Source: the human T2T-CHM13v2.0 reference genome, Homo sapiens
Assembly: GCF_009914755.1 (NCBI RefSeq)
Contig: NC_060928.1
Length of the DNA stretch: 64,000 bases
Direction: 5' to 3' (one strand)
The notes beneath the pieces were generated by a model that saw nothing but the letters and a program-made list of their open reading frames with translations, was not told the origin of the DNA and did no database searches. Numbering within the stretch: position 1 is the stretch's first letter; each line of letters begins with the position of its first letter. Made by a program: the position numbers and the translations under genes. Positions 43,961 to 56,479 of the stretch are shown piece after piece.

Positions 43961-44231
43961 GCCACCACTGTTTGACCCCCAGAGCCGATGGAATCATCTT
44001 CTTAAGCATCTCATTCCCATTTTTGGGGCTTCCTTGCTTTCCTTGAGATGCAGCAGCTAGAATGGCATATCCTGTCTCTAGTGTGACCTCACCAAACAGG
44101 AACAGCTGGATAGGTATTTAATAAGACTGTTAAGCAGAAGGCAGCTTTCTGGAGAAGCTTGTTGTCTATATACTTCATTATTTAATGTTGCTTAATCAGT
44201 AATGATACCCAGCATTGCCTCTCAATTTTCC

Positions 44232-45227
44232 TGTGGGCGGCAAGCCACCCAGGTACCGAGGCAAGAGACCGAGGACACGAGCTGTTCCAGTATAATAAAA
44301 TATAAAATAAGAATAGTTATACCAGATATAGATCTTAGATATGATTATATATGAATATCGTTAATCATTAGTTTGTAGCAATTACTCTTATTCCAATATT
44401 ATAATAATCCTTGCTCTATAATCATAACCTAGGAAAAACCAGGCCATACAGAGACAGGAGCTGAGGAGACATAGTGAGAAGTGACCAGAAGACAAGAGTG
44501 TGAGCCTTCTGTTATGCCTGGACAGGGCCACCAGAGGGCTCCTTGGTCTAGTGGTAACATCAGCATCTGGGAAGACGCCCGTTGCCAAGAGGACTGTGGT
44601 CTAGCGGTAGCGTTAGTGTCAAGGAAAAACACCTGCTACTTAGCAGACTGGGAAAGGGAGTCTCCCTTTCCCCGGGGGAGTTTAGAGAAGACTCTACTCC
44701 TCCACCTCTTGTGGAAGGCCTGACATGAGTCAGGCCCACCTGCAGTTATCTGGAGGCCTAACCGTCTCCCTGTGATGCTGTGCTTCAGTGGTCAAGCTCC
44801 TAGTCCGCCTTCATGTTCCATCTTGTACACCTGGCTCTGCCTTTTAGTTAGCAGTAGCAAATTAGTGAAAGTACTAAAAGTCTCTGATAAGCAGAAATAA
44901 TAGTGTAAGCTGTTTCTCTCCTTCTCCTCTCTCTCTTTGCCTCAGCTGCCAGGCAGGAAAGGGTCCAGTGGACACATGACCCATGTGGCCTCACCTATCA
45001 CTGGAGATGGCTCACACTCCTTATCCTGCCCCTTTGTCTTGTATCCAATAAATATCAGCGCAGCCTGGCATTCGGGGCCACTACCGGTCTCCACGCCTTG
45101 GTGGTAGTGGTCTGCCAGGTCCAGCTGTCTTTTCTTTTATCTCTTTGTCTTGTGTCTTTATTTCTATGCTCTCTCGTCTCCGCACATGAGGAGAAAACCC
45201 ACCAACCCTGTGGGGCTGGACCCTACA
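44232..45227 (+). mobile_element. LTR13-like solo LTR (HERV-K13/HML-4)
   Basis: Starts tgtgggcggcaagccacccagg, ends ggggctggaccctaca; 6-bp TSD TTTTCC (44226-44231/45228-45233). Confidence 0.85.
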
Positions 45228-45419
45228 TTTTCCATTCATTTCTGAGTTACTAGAGCCCTCGGCTAAGGGCTGAGACTGCAGCACTCTGAAGAAGAAAGAG
45301 CAAACCAGCCTCACCTGCCATCTGCTTTGTTCTGGGCTTTGTGCTGTGTGCTCTATTTTTGTATGCATTGCCCATTTAACTGTCCCAACTGCTCAGTGAG
45401 GTGGGATATGTATGGATGG

Positions 45420-45751
45420 TGTTGGGAAAAAAGCTCAGTGTTGGGAGAGAAGCTGAGGCAGGGCTTGCATGTCTGCTACACTTGCTGGCTCCTTGCTTCT
45501 AGCACTTCCATTATCTCAGGCAGCCATATGTTTCTCATTCACTTGATATACTGTTTCCTTTCAACACCCCCCTCCCCCATCCTCACCACCTGTTTGTTTG
45601 AGCACCAATAAATAGCGTGGGCTCCCAGAGCTCCAGGCCTTTGCAGCCTCCATACTCGCGATAGCCCCCTGGTCCCACTTTTTCTCATTCCTTTGACTCC
45701 TCTGGACTTCATCACCCCAGTGACCTGGTGTTGGGTCTGATAACCCCAACA
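45420..45751 (+). mobile_element. LTR3-like solo LTR (HML-6)
   Basis: tgttggg..ccccaaca inverted termini; aataaa at ~45607; TSD GATGG (45415-45419/45752-45756). Family name from memory. Confidence 0.75.
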
Positions 45752-45999
45752 GATGGGAAAATGAAGAATTTCAATATCAAGTTTTCTGTGCTCTGCCTAG
45801 CACTTCTGCTTCCCAGCTTGCTCTCTCTAACACCCTGCTCAGAGTTTTCCTCTGTGATGATGATTGTGTGTCCTGTGACCACAACATTCCCTGTTCCCGT
45901 TGCCTTCAGGAATGCACTGCTCTCCACCTCTGAATTTGATGCTATGGCTCTCATAATAATCATCTTTTGTGCAGGCCTCAACACTATTGCCTTTTCTTC

Positions 46000-46710
46000 C
46001 TGTTATTTTAATATGCCCACCGAGGGGTAGATCCAGTTCACTGCCTGCTCCATCCCAGTACCCAGACAGCTGACTATCTATCACAATGGCCACACAGTAA
46101 ATTCATGACCCTGTACCTCAAGGGAACCATGTGTACTACCAGGAGGCATTTCTGCACTTCCTTAGTCCTCTCACTCTCCCAACTGCCCACCTTCATCCTC
46201 CTCAAATCCCCCAAATGCCTCCACAATTCTCGCAGTTGCTTTTTATTTCAATGAGAAAACAAAAGTTATCCTCAGAAGATGGTGTCCTCACTCACTCACC
46301 ATCACAATTCTAACCTGGCTACCCAAATACGCAAATGGTCTGCCTTAGGTAACAGTCATGAATCATGTCGACTTCTCTACTTGTTCATTACCTCAACCTC
46401 TCTTCCCTACTGAAGGACAACACGCCAGCAATTGTCCCCTCTCTCCTCCATCACCACGTCTTCAATATCCACTGAGTCATCCCATCAGCACATAAATATG
46501 TTGTTATTTCTTCTGTTTAAAACACCTTCCCTTGCACTCAATTCCATCGCATTTAATACTCCATTTCTTTGTCATCCTTTGTAGCAAAGCTTCTCAAAGT
46601 TATTTCCAATTTTCTCATCCCACTCTCCCTCAAGTCCACTTCAATCTGTCTTTCACTTCCTCTACTCCTCCAAAACCGCACTTGTCAAGGTCGCCAACAA
46701 CCTTACATGG
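46000..46710 (+). mobile_element. L2 LINE fragments
   Basis: C/T-rich L2-like sequence (cccatcagcacataaatatg..cttgtcaaggtcgccaacaacc). Confidence 0.5.
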
Positions 46711-49159
46711 ACAATAAATATTTGGTGCATAAATTAATAAAATAAATACAAATAAAATTACAAAGTGGTAAATGGATCTAAACAATCTTTGCCTAAGTCG
46801 TGATTTTTCTGGAGGCCAGGCTTGATGAAATATTAATGATTACTATCATTAGCACAATAAAAATTACCAAATAAACTACTATTTTGCTTAGCAGGAAGGA
46901 ATTACACTAAAAATAAAATCAAATTTCTAGGAAGTCAATCACTCCAGTGATTTTTGCCAATCATCTTAATGAGTCTATTGATGTGCTAACGAACTCATTC
47001 TTAATTTCCGACAGCTTCCAAAACATTTTTAATCACTGAAAAAGTGATTCATAGGTTAGTCTGCAAAGAGATGCATCAATATCAATCACCACAATACAGG
47101 ATTTTTAAACAAATTACTGCTGAGGCAGCTGGCAGACAGCCCATGGGAGAAATGTTTGCACTAGCCAGGTGTATGATAACTTACATTCATCGCAGCCCAA
47201 GTCTGTTGCCTCTATTGTCTTTCTTCTGGGATCTCAGTAGGACTGGTAGTGATATCAAAACAGGAAGAAATTGTAAACTTTCACACATCTAACTTTTAAA
47301 AGTTGGAGATTACTCTGAAATAATGACCTCTGACACTAAGGTCAGGATCAATACACGTTTTTAAAGTATGTTAAGATGGCTACTTGTCTTATTTTTTGTT
47401 GCTGTTACTTTATCCTTATTGACATAACAACCAGTACTGAAGTGATGTTTGTGAGCAAATGATATGGATTTTAGCATTTCAATTCCGTTGAGTTGGAGAC
47501 AGCAGTCCCTCCTTCCTCCCGCAGGCCTGCAGGGGAGTACAGGATGATGTTACGAGGTCACCTAGGTCGATTCAGACCGTCAGCATCAATACACCCTGCC
47601 TGCTGCAGACACGCTCCCACTGTGTGAAGAGCTCTGCCCAGGGTCATTGCACAGGGTCAGCAAACGGCAAGTCCTGTTGGTTCATCCTTGAATGGCTTTA
47701 TAAGATGAGAAGATTCTATATTCACAAAATTCTGAATCCCCATAAGTATGTCAAAGACGAAGTTACTCTCACTCTAAATTTAGTTATAGATCAAATTGGC
47801 TTTTATTCATGATTAATGAATCTGGGCTGTCTCCATTCTACAAATTAGAATGAGCGCCCCCACTGGGCAATGCCGGAAAAGTAGGTTTTGCAAGATAGGG
47901 ACAAGGAAACAGAACAGTAGAGAAAAACTGACTGGTTAACTTGTTTACTTCTATTGTAAGAGTTAAAGCAGAAGGGGTTTCCTTATTAGTGGACTCAGGT
48001 AGACTGGACTCCTGACTTCAGGGGAAACCGGTTTGTTCAGGGACCCATTTGCTTCCTTAAAGTTTCCATTTTATTGTGTGCGTTTAGCATGAGTGCCTAT
48101 ATTTTGGCTTGGCCTGGTTTCTTGGGCCTAGTGCATAGGCCCAACATAGGCATTTCTTCACCAGGGGTTCTCAAACTTGGAATTGTACCAGTGAGCCATG
48201 GGCCCTAGTCTCTTTAAAGATTAAATGATAAAAAAGGGAGCATCTTTCGTGTCTCAGCTGCCTGTATTGAGATAATCAAGATAAAAGAAAAATAATTAAG
48301 GATAAAAGAAGATGCATAGTATGTCCCACAGGCCGGCGAGTCCACACCTGTTCATTTGAATACTTTATTCAAACTCCCCTAAGTGAAAATGTCTCCCATC
48401 TGTTTAGCATTCTTTAGCTTCAGAATTCTCCCAAATTATTTCCTTTTTTATGAGGCTAAAGTTTTGCCTGTTGACTGTCTGGTGTGAATTACATCCCAAT
48501 CAATGGAAGGAAGAAGAAACAGAAGACGCTTCCATTTGCTAGTAAACATCTGTGCTGAAAAATAGCATATTTATTTCTTCCAAGTGAAGCAAATAATCTA
48601 TTTTGTGGTTGAAGTGTTTTATTATTTTCATACACTTTCTACATTGCCTTGTTTTCTCATTAGGGTTGGATGCTCAAAAGATTTTTGTAATATTCAAATT
48701 TTGTATGGACCTTGAGTGATAAGCAATATTAGACATGGCAAATAAATAATTTCATTTCTAGTTTTTTGACTTCTTATCCAATTTTATTAAGTACCTGTTA
48801 TGAACAGAGACACTATTTTTTTTAAATCGAAAGAGGATTTTATAAATGAAGTAGATGATATAACCCCTGCGTTTAAGGAGTTACGATCTATTTACATTCA
48901 CTAAAGAAGAAAATCATAATGCTCAGTGGGTATGCCAACAAGATAAATAATGTTCTATAATGTTCTATTGTCTTTTAAATAAAGAAAATCACTGGCTCAG
49001 TTGACTTTAAGGTCTACACAGCAATCAACTGAGATTTCTTGGAGCTGAGTCCACACTCAGTGTGGAAATTTCCTACAAGAAAGATGAGCACTTCTCCAAG
49101 TCCTGGATGGATTATAAGTTACAAAGCTAAGCATTGCAACTGATAAAACCTAAGAGAAA

Positions 49160-49400
49160 ATAATATTATTTGAGGACTTACTATGGGCCAAATGCTATGC
49201 TGAAGAGCTTCACGTGTATCCACATATTTAATCATCCCACCCTCCCTATGAGGTAAGTACTCGTATTCTGCCCATTTTGCAGATGAGAAGACTGATTCAT
49301 AGAATAATTAGGTAACTTGCTCAAGAACATTCAGCTACTAAGTGGCAGAACAAGGATTTAAACTGTCTGTCTGACTCCAAGCCTGATGCGATTACTATAT
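49160..49400 (-). mobile_element. MIR
   Basis: tttgaggacttactatg..cccattttgcagatgagaagactga..ggtaacttgctcaag..agctactaagtggcaga. Confidence 0.8.
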
Positions 49401-50832
49401 TCATTGACAGATGGACAAGTAAGGGCATCCAGTCCACGTTAAAATGTTCACTTTGCTTAGTTTGGAACGCAGGGCGATACTGGTTAAGTGGGACTACTGT
49501 TCCTATACGGGCTGAACAGAAAAAAGGCCTCCAAGTTATTCCATTCTATCCTCTATACACTATGTGAAAAGAAAGATCCATTTTAATTGCGTCTGCAGCC
49601 GCTACCAGCAAACCTGTGCCTGATGGTGGGTCTGCACCTTACACTGTATACATACATATAAAAGCATGTTGTTTCTTTGGTCAATTAAGCCAAAATACCA
49701 GTTCCCTCAGAAAATAACATTCAGTCTGGCTGTTTGGCGTTACGTAGACACAATGTCTCAAGCAGTTTGTGTTAACATGATGTGACTTGCCGGCTGTCTT
49801 GAGTAGCATTGTATAATTGCTCCTCTTCACCTGCCAATACATGCAGGAACATGACAACAGCCTAGCCCAGATTCCAGTGGGTGAACAAAGATCAAACAAG
49901 ATTGGACATAAATTGATCATTGTTGAAGCTGCATGATGCATGCATGTAGGTCAATTATACCATTTTCCACCTTGCATTGCCCATAATAAAATATTTTTAA
50001 AGTTTTCAAATTTAAAACTTTATATCTAGAGAGTTTCAGGATATTTAACAAATGTCCCTGATTCTATAATGCAATTGTTTCTATCATTATAACTCTTTAC
50101 ACTTCCCTAGGAAAAGTGTTATATTAATGCTATGGTTAGCAGTTTGTATTAGTAACTATAATATTACAGGTAAGTTAAATATTAAATTAACTATGTGCTT
50201 TAAGAAGCACTGTAGATATATATGGCAAATCACTCTCAACAAAACTAGTGATGACCTGTAAAATTGTTTCCTCCTGTAAAACTGTTTCCATTCACCTTTC
50301 TACTTTCTTGGCCTCTTTTCTTTGGTTTAAATGTCTTGCTTATGTCTGCTACATAAACTTTGAAGGTTAAGAGAAAATTTGTCAAAGTGGAAATTTAAAA
50401 ACAAGCAAAACCTGCTATTGTTCAATGATCCTCAAAACAAAACTCAATTGAATATTTCATATTTTTCGGAGGAGCTTGGCTCACAAAACACTAATTTATT
50501 TTAAAAACTCTCAGTCATCATATTCTCTGATGAAGGTGATGATGGTGGGGGGAGATGGCAGAACTGTAGATTGTTTTATTGCTGCATTTACTCAATATCT
50601 TCTTAAAAAACAAAACAAGACAAAAACATGTAAATGTCAATAAACTTAAAGGAGAAGTTTACTAGAAATAACTTTAGAAAGGATAATGCAGTGAACTGTG
50701 GCTAATGGTTTGAACAACATTTTGTAGTTTTAGTTTGAGAGAGCCACTAAAATATAGCATCTTCTATTGAAATAGTAATTCAATTAGATCTGGATAAGAT
50801 GATTCAAATGACATTTAAAAAATAATGTATTC

Positions 50833-51225
<393 letters not shown>

Positions 51226-51305
51226 TTATTATAGTCAGGCTAGAAGGGAGAAGGCCTTCTCATCATTAACCTGTAGTTATTTAATTAATCATTTTTAAAA
51301 ATGAG

Positions 51306-52047
51306 ATGAAAAACCACAATGAGATACCATCTCACACCAGTTAGAATGGCGATCATTAAAAAGTCAGGAAACAGATGCTGGAGAGGATGTGGAGAAATAG
51401 GAATGCTTTTACACTGTTGGTGGGAGTGTAAATTAGTTCAACCATTGTGGAAGACAGTGTGGCAATTCCTCAAGGATCTAGAACCAGAAATACCACTTGA
51501 CCCAGCAATCCCCTTACTGGGTATATACCCAAAGGATTATAAATCATCCTACTATAAAGACACATGCACACGTATGTTTACTGCAGCGCTGTTCACAATA
51601 GCAAAGACTTGGAACCAAACCAAATGCCTATCAATGATAGACTGGATAAAGCAAATATGGCACATATACACCATGGAATACTATGCAGCCATAAAAAGGA
51701 TGAATTCATGTCCTTTACAGGGACATGGATGAAGCTGGAAACCATCATTTTCAGCAAACTAACACAGGAACAGAAAACCAAACACTGCATGTTTTCATTC
51801 ACAAGTGTTCATAAGTGGGAGTTGAACAACGAGAACACATGGACACAGGGAGGGGAACATCACACACCAGGGCCTGTCAGGGGGTGGGGGACTAAGGGAG
51901 GGACAGCATTAGGAGAAACACCTAATGTAGATGACAGGTGGATGGGTGCAGCAAAACACCATTGCACAGGTACACCTATGTAACAAGCCTGCACGTTCTG
52001 CACATGTATCCCAGAAGTTAAAGTATAATATAAATAAATAAACAAAT
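51306..52047 (+). mobile_element. 5'-truncated L1PA 3' end (ORF2 C-terminus plus 3' UTR)
   Basis: ORF 51319-51732 [43 protein letters not shown]; G-rich 3' UTR; A-rich tail; TSD aaaatgag. Confidence 0.95.
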
Positions 52048-52504
52048 AAAATGAGCATTAAGGAACTTACAGCTCAAAACAAAATGTAGGTCCCTTACAA
52101 CGACTTATGTCAAAATGTATGATACCCCTATCAACCCACTCAAGGTAACCAACATCCTAATCCTAGATTCATAATTCCCCGGCTTTTCTTTTGAGTTTTA
52201 TCTATGCATGTGCATAAGTAAATTCTCTTGAAATCTTGATTGTTTGTAAGTTTTATTAAAGTGCCAAATGCAATTTTTTGGAACTTCACTTTTCTCTTTA
52301 AATATAGTATTGTTAAAATTCATCCTGTTGTTGTTTCTGTGGTTCATTTGCTTGTATAGTAATATGACATTCATCATGTGAACAGACCATGAATTATTCA
52401 CCCACACTTCTTTAATGGGCAATGAGTTGTTTACAAGAATTTGCTCATTGTGAATGGAGCTGCTTTAAACACTCTTGGCCAGGTCTCCTGTTGCATGAGC
52501 AGTC

Positions 52505-54333
52505 TGTACCTGAAACGTTGCTGGTCACCATGTCAGAAGGAAAGAGAGCATGTGAATAACACACCGGCCAGTACACAGCCTCCACTCGGGAGTGACGCGC
52601 ATGTGAATAACACACCGGCCAGTACACAGCATCCACTCGGGAGTGACGCGCATGGTGAATAACACACCGGCCAGTACACAGCATCCACTCGGGAGTGACG
52701 CGCATGGTGAATAACACACCGGCCAGTACACAGCATCCACTCGGGAGTGACGCGCATGGTGAATAACACACCGGCCAGTACACAGCATCCACTCGGGAGT
52801 GACGCGCATGGTGAATAACACACCGGCCAGTACACAGCATCCACTCGGGAGTGACGCGCATGGTGAATAACACACCGGCCAGTACACAGCATCCACTCGG
52901 GAGTGACGCGCATGGTGAATAACACACCGGCCAGTACACAGCATCCACTCGGGAGTGACGCGCATGGTGAATAACACACCGGCCAGTACACAGCATCCAC
53001 TCGGGAGTGACGCGCATGGTGAATAACACACCGGCCAGTACACAGCATCCACTCGGGAGTGAGGCGCATGGTGAATAACACACCGGCCAGTACACAGCAT
53101 CCACTCGGGAGTGACGCGCATGGTGAATAACACACCGGCCAGTACACAGCATCCACTCGGGAGTGACGCGCATGGTGAATAACACACGGGCCAGTACACA
53201 GCATCCACTCGGGAGTGACGCGCGTGTGAATAACACACCGGCCAGTACACAGCATCCACTCGGGAGTGACGCGCGTGTGAATAGCACACCGGCCAGTACA
53301 CAGCATCCACTCAGGAGTGACGCGCATGGTGAATAGCACACCGGCCAGTACACAGCATCCACTCAGGAGTGACGCGCATGGTGAATAACACACCGGCCAG
53401 TACACAGCATCCACTCGGGAGTGACGCGCATGGTGAATAACACACCGGCCAGTACACAGCATCCACTCGGGAGTGACGCGCATGGTGAATAGCACACCGG
53501 CCAGTACACAGCATCCACTCGGGAGTGACGCGCATGGTGAATAGCACACCGGCCAGTACACAGCATCCACTCGGGAGTGACGCGCATGGTGAATAGCACA
53601 CCGGCCAGTACACAGCATCCACTCAGGGGTGACGCGCATGTGAATAACACACCGGCCAGTACACAGCATCCACTCAGGACTGATGCGCGTGGTGAATAAC
53701 ACACCGGCCAGTACACAGCATCCACTCAGGAGTGACGTGCATGTGAATAACACACGGGCCAGTACACAGCATCCACTCAGGAGTGACGCGCATGTGAATA
53801 ACACACCGGCCAGTACACAGCATCCACTCAGGACTGACGCGCGTGGTGAATAACACACCGGCCAGTACACAGCATCCACTCAGGAGTGACGCGCATGTGA
53901 ATAACACACGGGCCAGTACACAGCATCCACTCAGGAGTGACGCGCATGTGAATAACACACCGGCCAGTACACAGCATCCACTCAGGACTGACGCGCGTGG
54001 TGAATAACACACCGGCCAGTACACAGCATCCACTCAGGAGTGACGCGCATGTGAATAACACACTGGCCAGTACACAGCATCCACTCAGGAGTGACGCGCA
54101 TGGTGAATAGCACACTGGCCAGTACACAGCATCCACTCGGGAGTGACGCGCGTGTGAATAACACACGGGCCAGTACACAGCATCCACTCAGGAGTGACGC
54201 AAGTCACTTTTGCTTATAGAGCAAGTCACAGGCTAGACCTCAATTCAAGGAGAGTGTGTGTGGAAGTGTAGTCTCTTCATGAGCTTAATGGTAGAAATGG
54301 AAATAGTTGGTGGACAGCAGTCATACCGCCACA
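52505..54333 (-). mobile_element. Ancient MaLR LTR (MLT1J/K/L-like) containing the VNTR
   Basis: Left flank gaaggaaagagagcatg; right flank gtcactt..agcaagtcacaggc..ttcaagg..ggaaatagttggtggacagcag..ccaca matches the recalled old MLT1 antisense consensus. Confidence 0.6.
52548..54201. repeat. CpG-rich VNTR, 51/52-bp unit x ~32
   Basis: Unit gtgaataacacaccggccagtacacagcatccactc(g/a)ggagtgacgcgcat(g); no unique spacers. Confidence 0.98.
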
Positions 54334-55537
54334 GCATCTATTAAGCTCCAGCCTCTGTGCCAGACCCTGTTATAGGTGCTGAGAATACAGGGTGAATACA
54401 ATAGACAAAGTATTTATCTTCACGAAGATGATATTCTCACTGGGGAGAGACAGCAAATAAGCATTGCAGAACGGCCTGAAGTTTCAGAATGGGTTGTAAC
54501 CTTAGAGCATTGCCTGCTATCCAAATCTCCTTGGAACAAATCCACCTAGCACCAGGAATCAATTTAATCGTGGCTCTAGAATTCACAACAAAATCGAATA
54601 ATACAGTTGAAGTGACTTCGTTTGGATTTTACAGACCAACTTCATGGCAGAGTTGACTGAAATAAATGTCCAGAACGTTTTTAATTGGACTTCGAGTTCA
54701 TATACATGGTGCATACAGGGGCAACATATTCTCCCTTTGTTTAGAGCAGAGTTTCCTGCATGAACCAGCATGCAGGAAACTATCACTTGTGAATCTATCA
54801 CTCTACATGGGTTTCTGATCTGAGTTCTTTGGGAAAGCAATAGCTGTCACTTCTTGTAAAGTGCTGCCGATACAGGTGGGAATTGTATTTCACTGCATCT
54901 CATTTGAATCAGAAGTACAAGGGCAAAAATCACGGGATCTTTATTCATTGACAGTACCGTCAATCCCAATTAATCAACACCTGGAGGATTCTCCAATAAC
55001 ACAAGTGTGCTGAATTCAGTTCCTATGTACTCTAATAATAGTCTCATTTATATTCTGAGTGCATGATTAGTGATTCTGCATTGCTAGATTTCATTAAGAG
55101 ATACATGGGAGGGAGTTTTTGAAAAAAAGATCATCTGTTTGTTGCAAAATAAAAAAAAATATAACTTGAATTGAGTATATTCTCATTAATCGTTAGCAAT
55201 CAAATGACCTGAGCTTTCCCCTAAACTACACAAGCTAATAACTGACATTACCATGGACATAAGCAGAAACATAACAGCATGGTGCCAGCCATGACTGTTT
55301 CTGTTAAAGCATAAACACCAAAATAACAGAAAGCCTCTGTAACCTAATAACTAGACATGGTATCCTTAGAACTCTCATAAATAATATATAAAAGTCTAGT
55401 GATTCATGAATTTGGGAAACAAAGCTCTATGGGGGCCAGCTTCCCATCTAGCCGGAGACCACTGCCTCATGAGAGTTAGGATGGAATACTGCCTAGCTTG
55501 GCAGCTGGCTCTAAATGACTGTGCGATGCGTTAGACT

Positions 55538-56052
<515 letters not shown>

Positions 56053-56479
56053 TAGTCTGAATTAAATATACCAAGAAGCAAATGCTGGCAATTTTTTTGG
56101 CTTTCGGGGATAGTTTATTTCTATTCATTTTTAACAATCTTTAACAGGCTTCACTACCTTCTAGCTCCAGGCACTTATTCTTTGATCTCTTCAGCAACAT
56201 CCTAATGAGTCTCCTGGCTTCCTCACTTAACTCACAACCCAACCCATTCTCCACAGAGCAGCCAGAGTAAACTCTTTAAAAATATGTAAATCATATTAAA
56301 TCAATCCCTCCCTAAAATCTTTCATGCCTTTGTCATCAGAGAGATCAAAAACCTCAATCTCCTTTCCATAACTGACAAGTCCCTGCAAACAGCGGACTGC
56401 ATATCCCATCTCATCTCTATGCTTTTCCTCTCACTCGTCTCTCTGCTTTTCCTCTCACTCCTCTTTATTCTTTTCCTCT

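Noticed and set aside
47500-47700. Possible coding exon after ccttcctcccgcag
   Set aside because: Peptide unrecognisable, no convincing donor, no partner exons
51319-51983. 137-139 aa ORFs
   Set aside because: L1 ORF2 C-terminus and 3' UTR of a 5'-truncated L1PA
52445-54187. Long minus-strand ORFs (up to 448 aa)
   Set aside because: Artefact of a stop-poor 52-bp unit cycling through all three frames; no evidence of a real gene
52548-54201. CRISPR-like array
   Set aside because: Units are contiguous and near-identical with no unique spacers; primate genomic context and no cas genes
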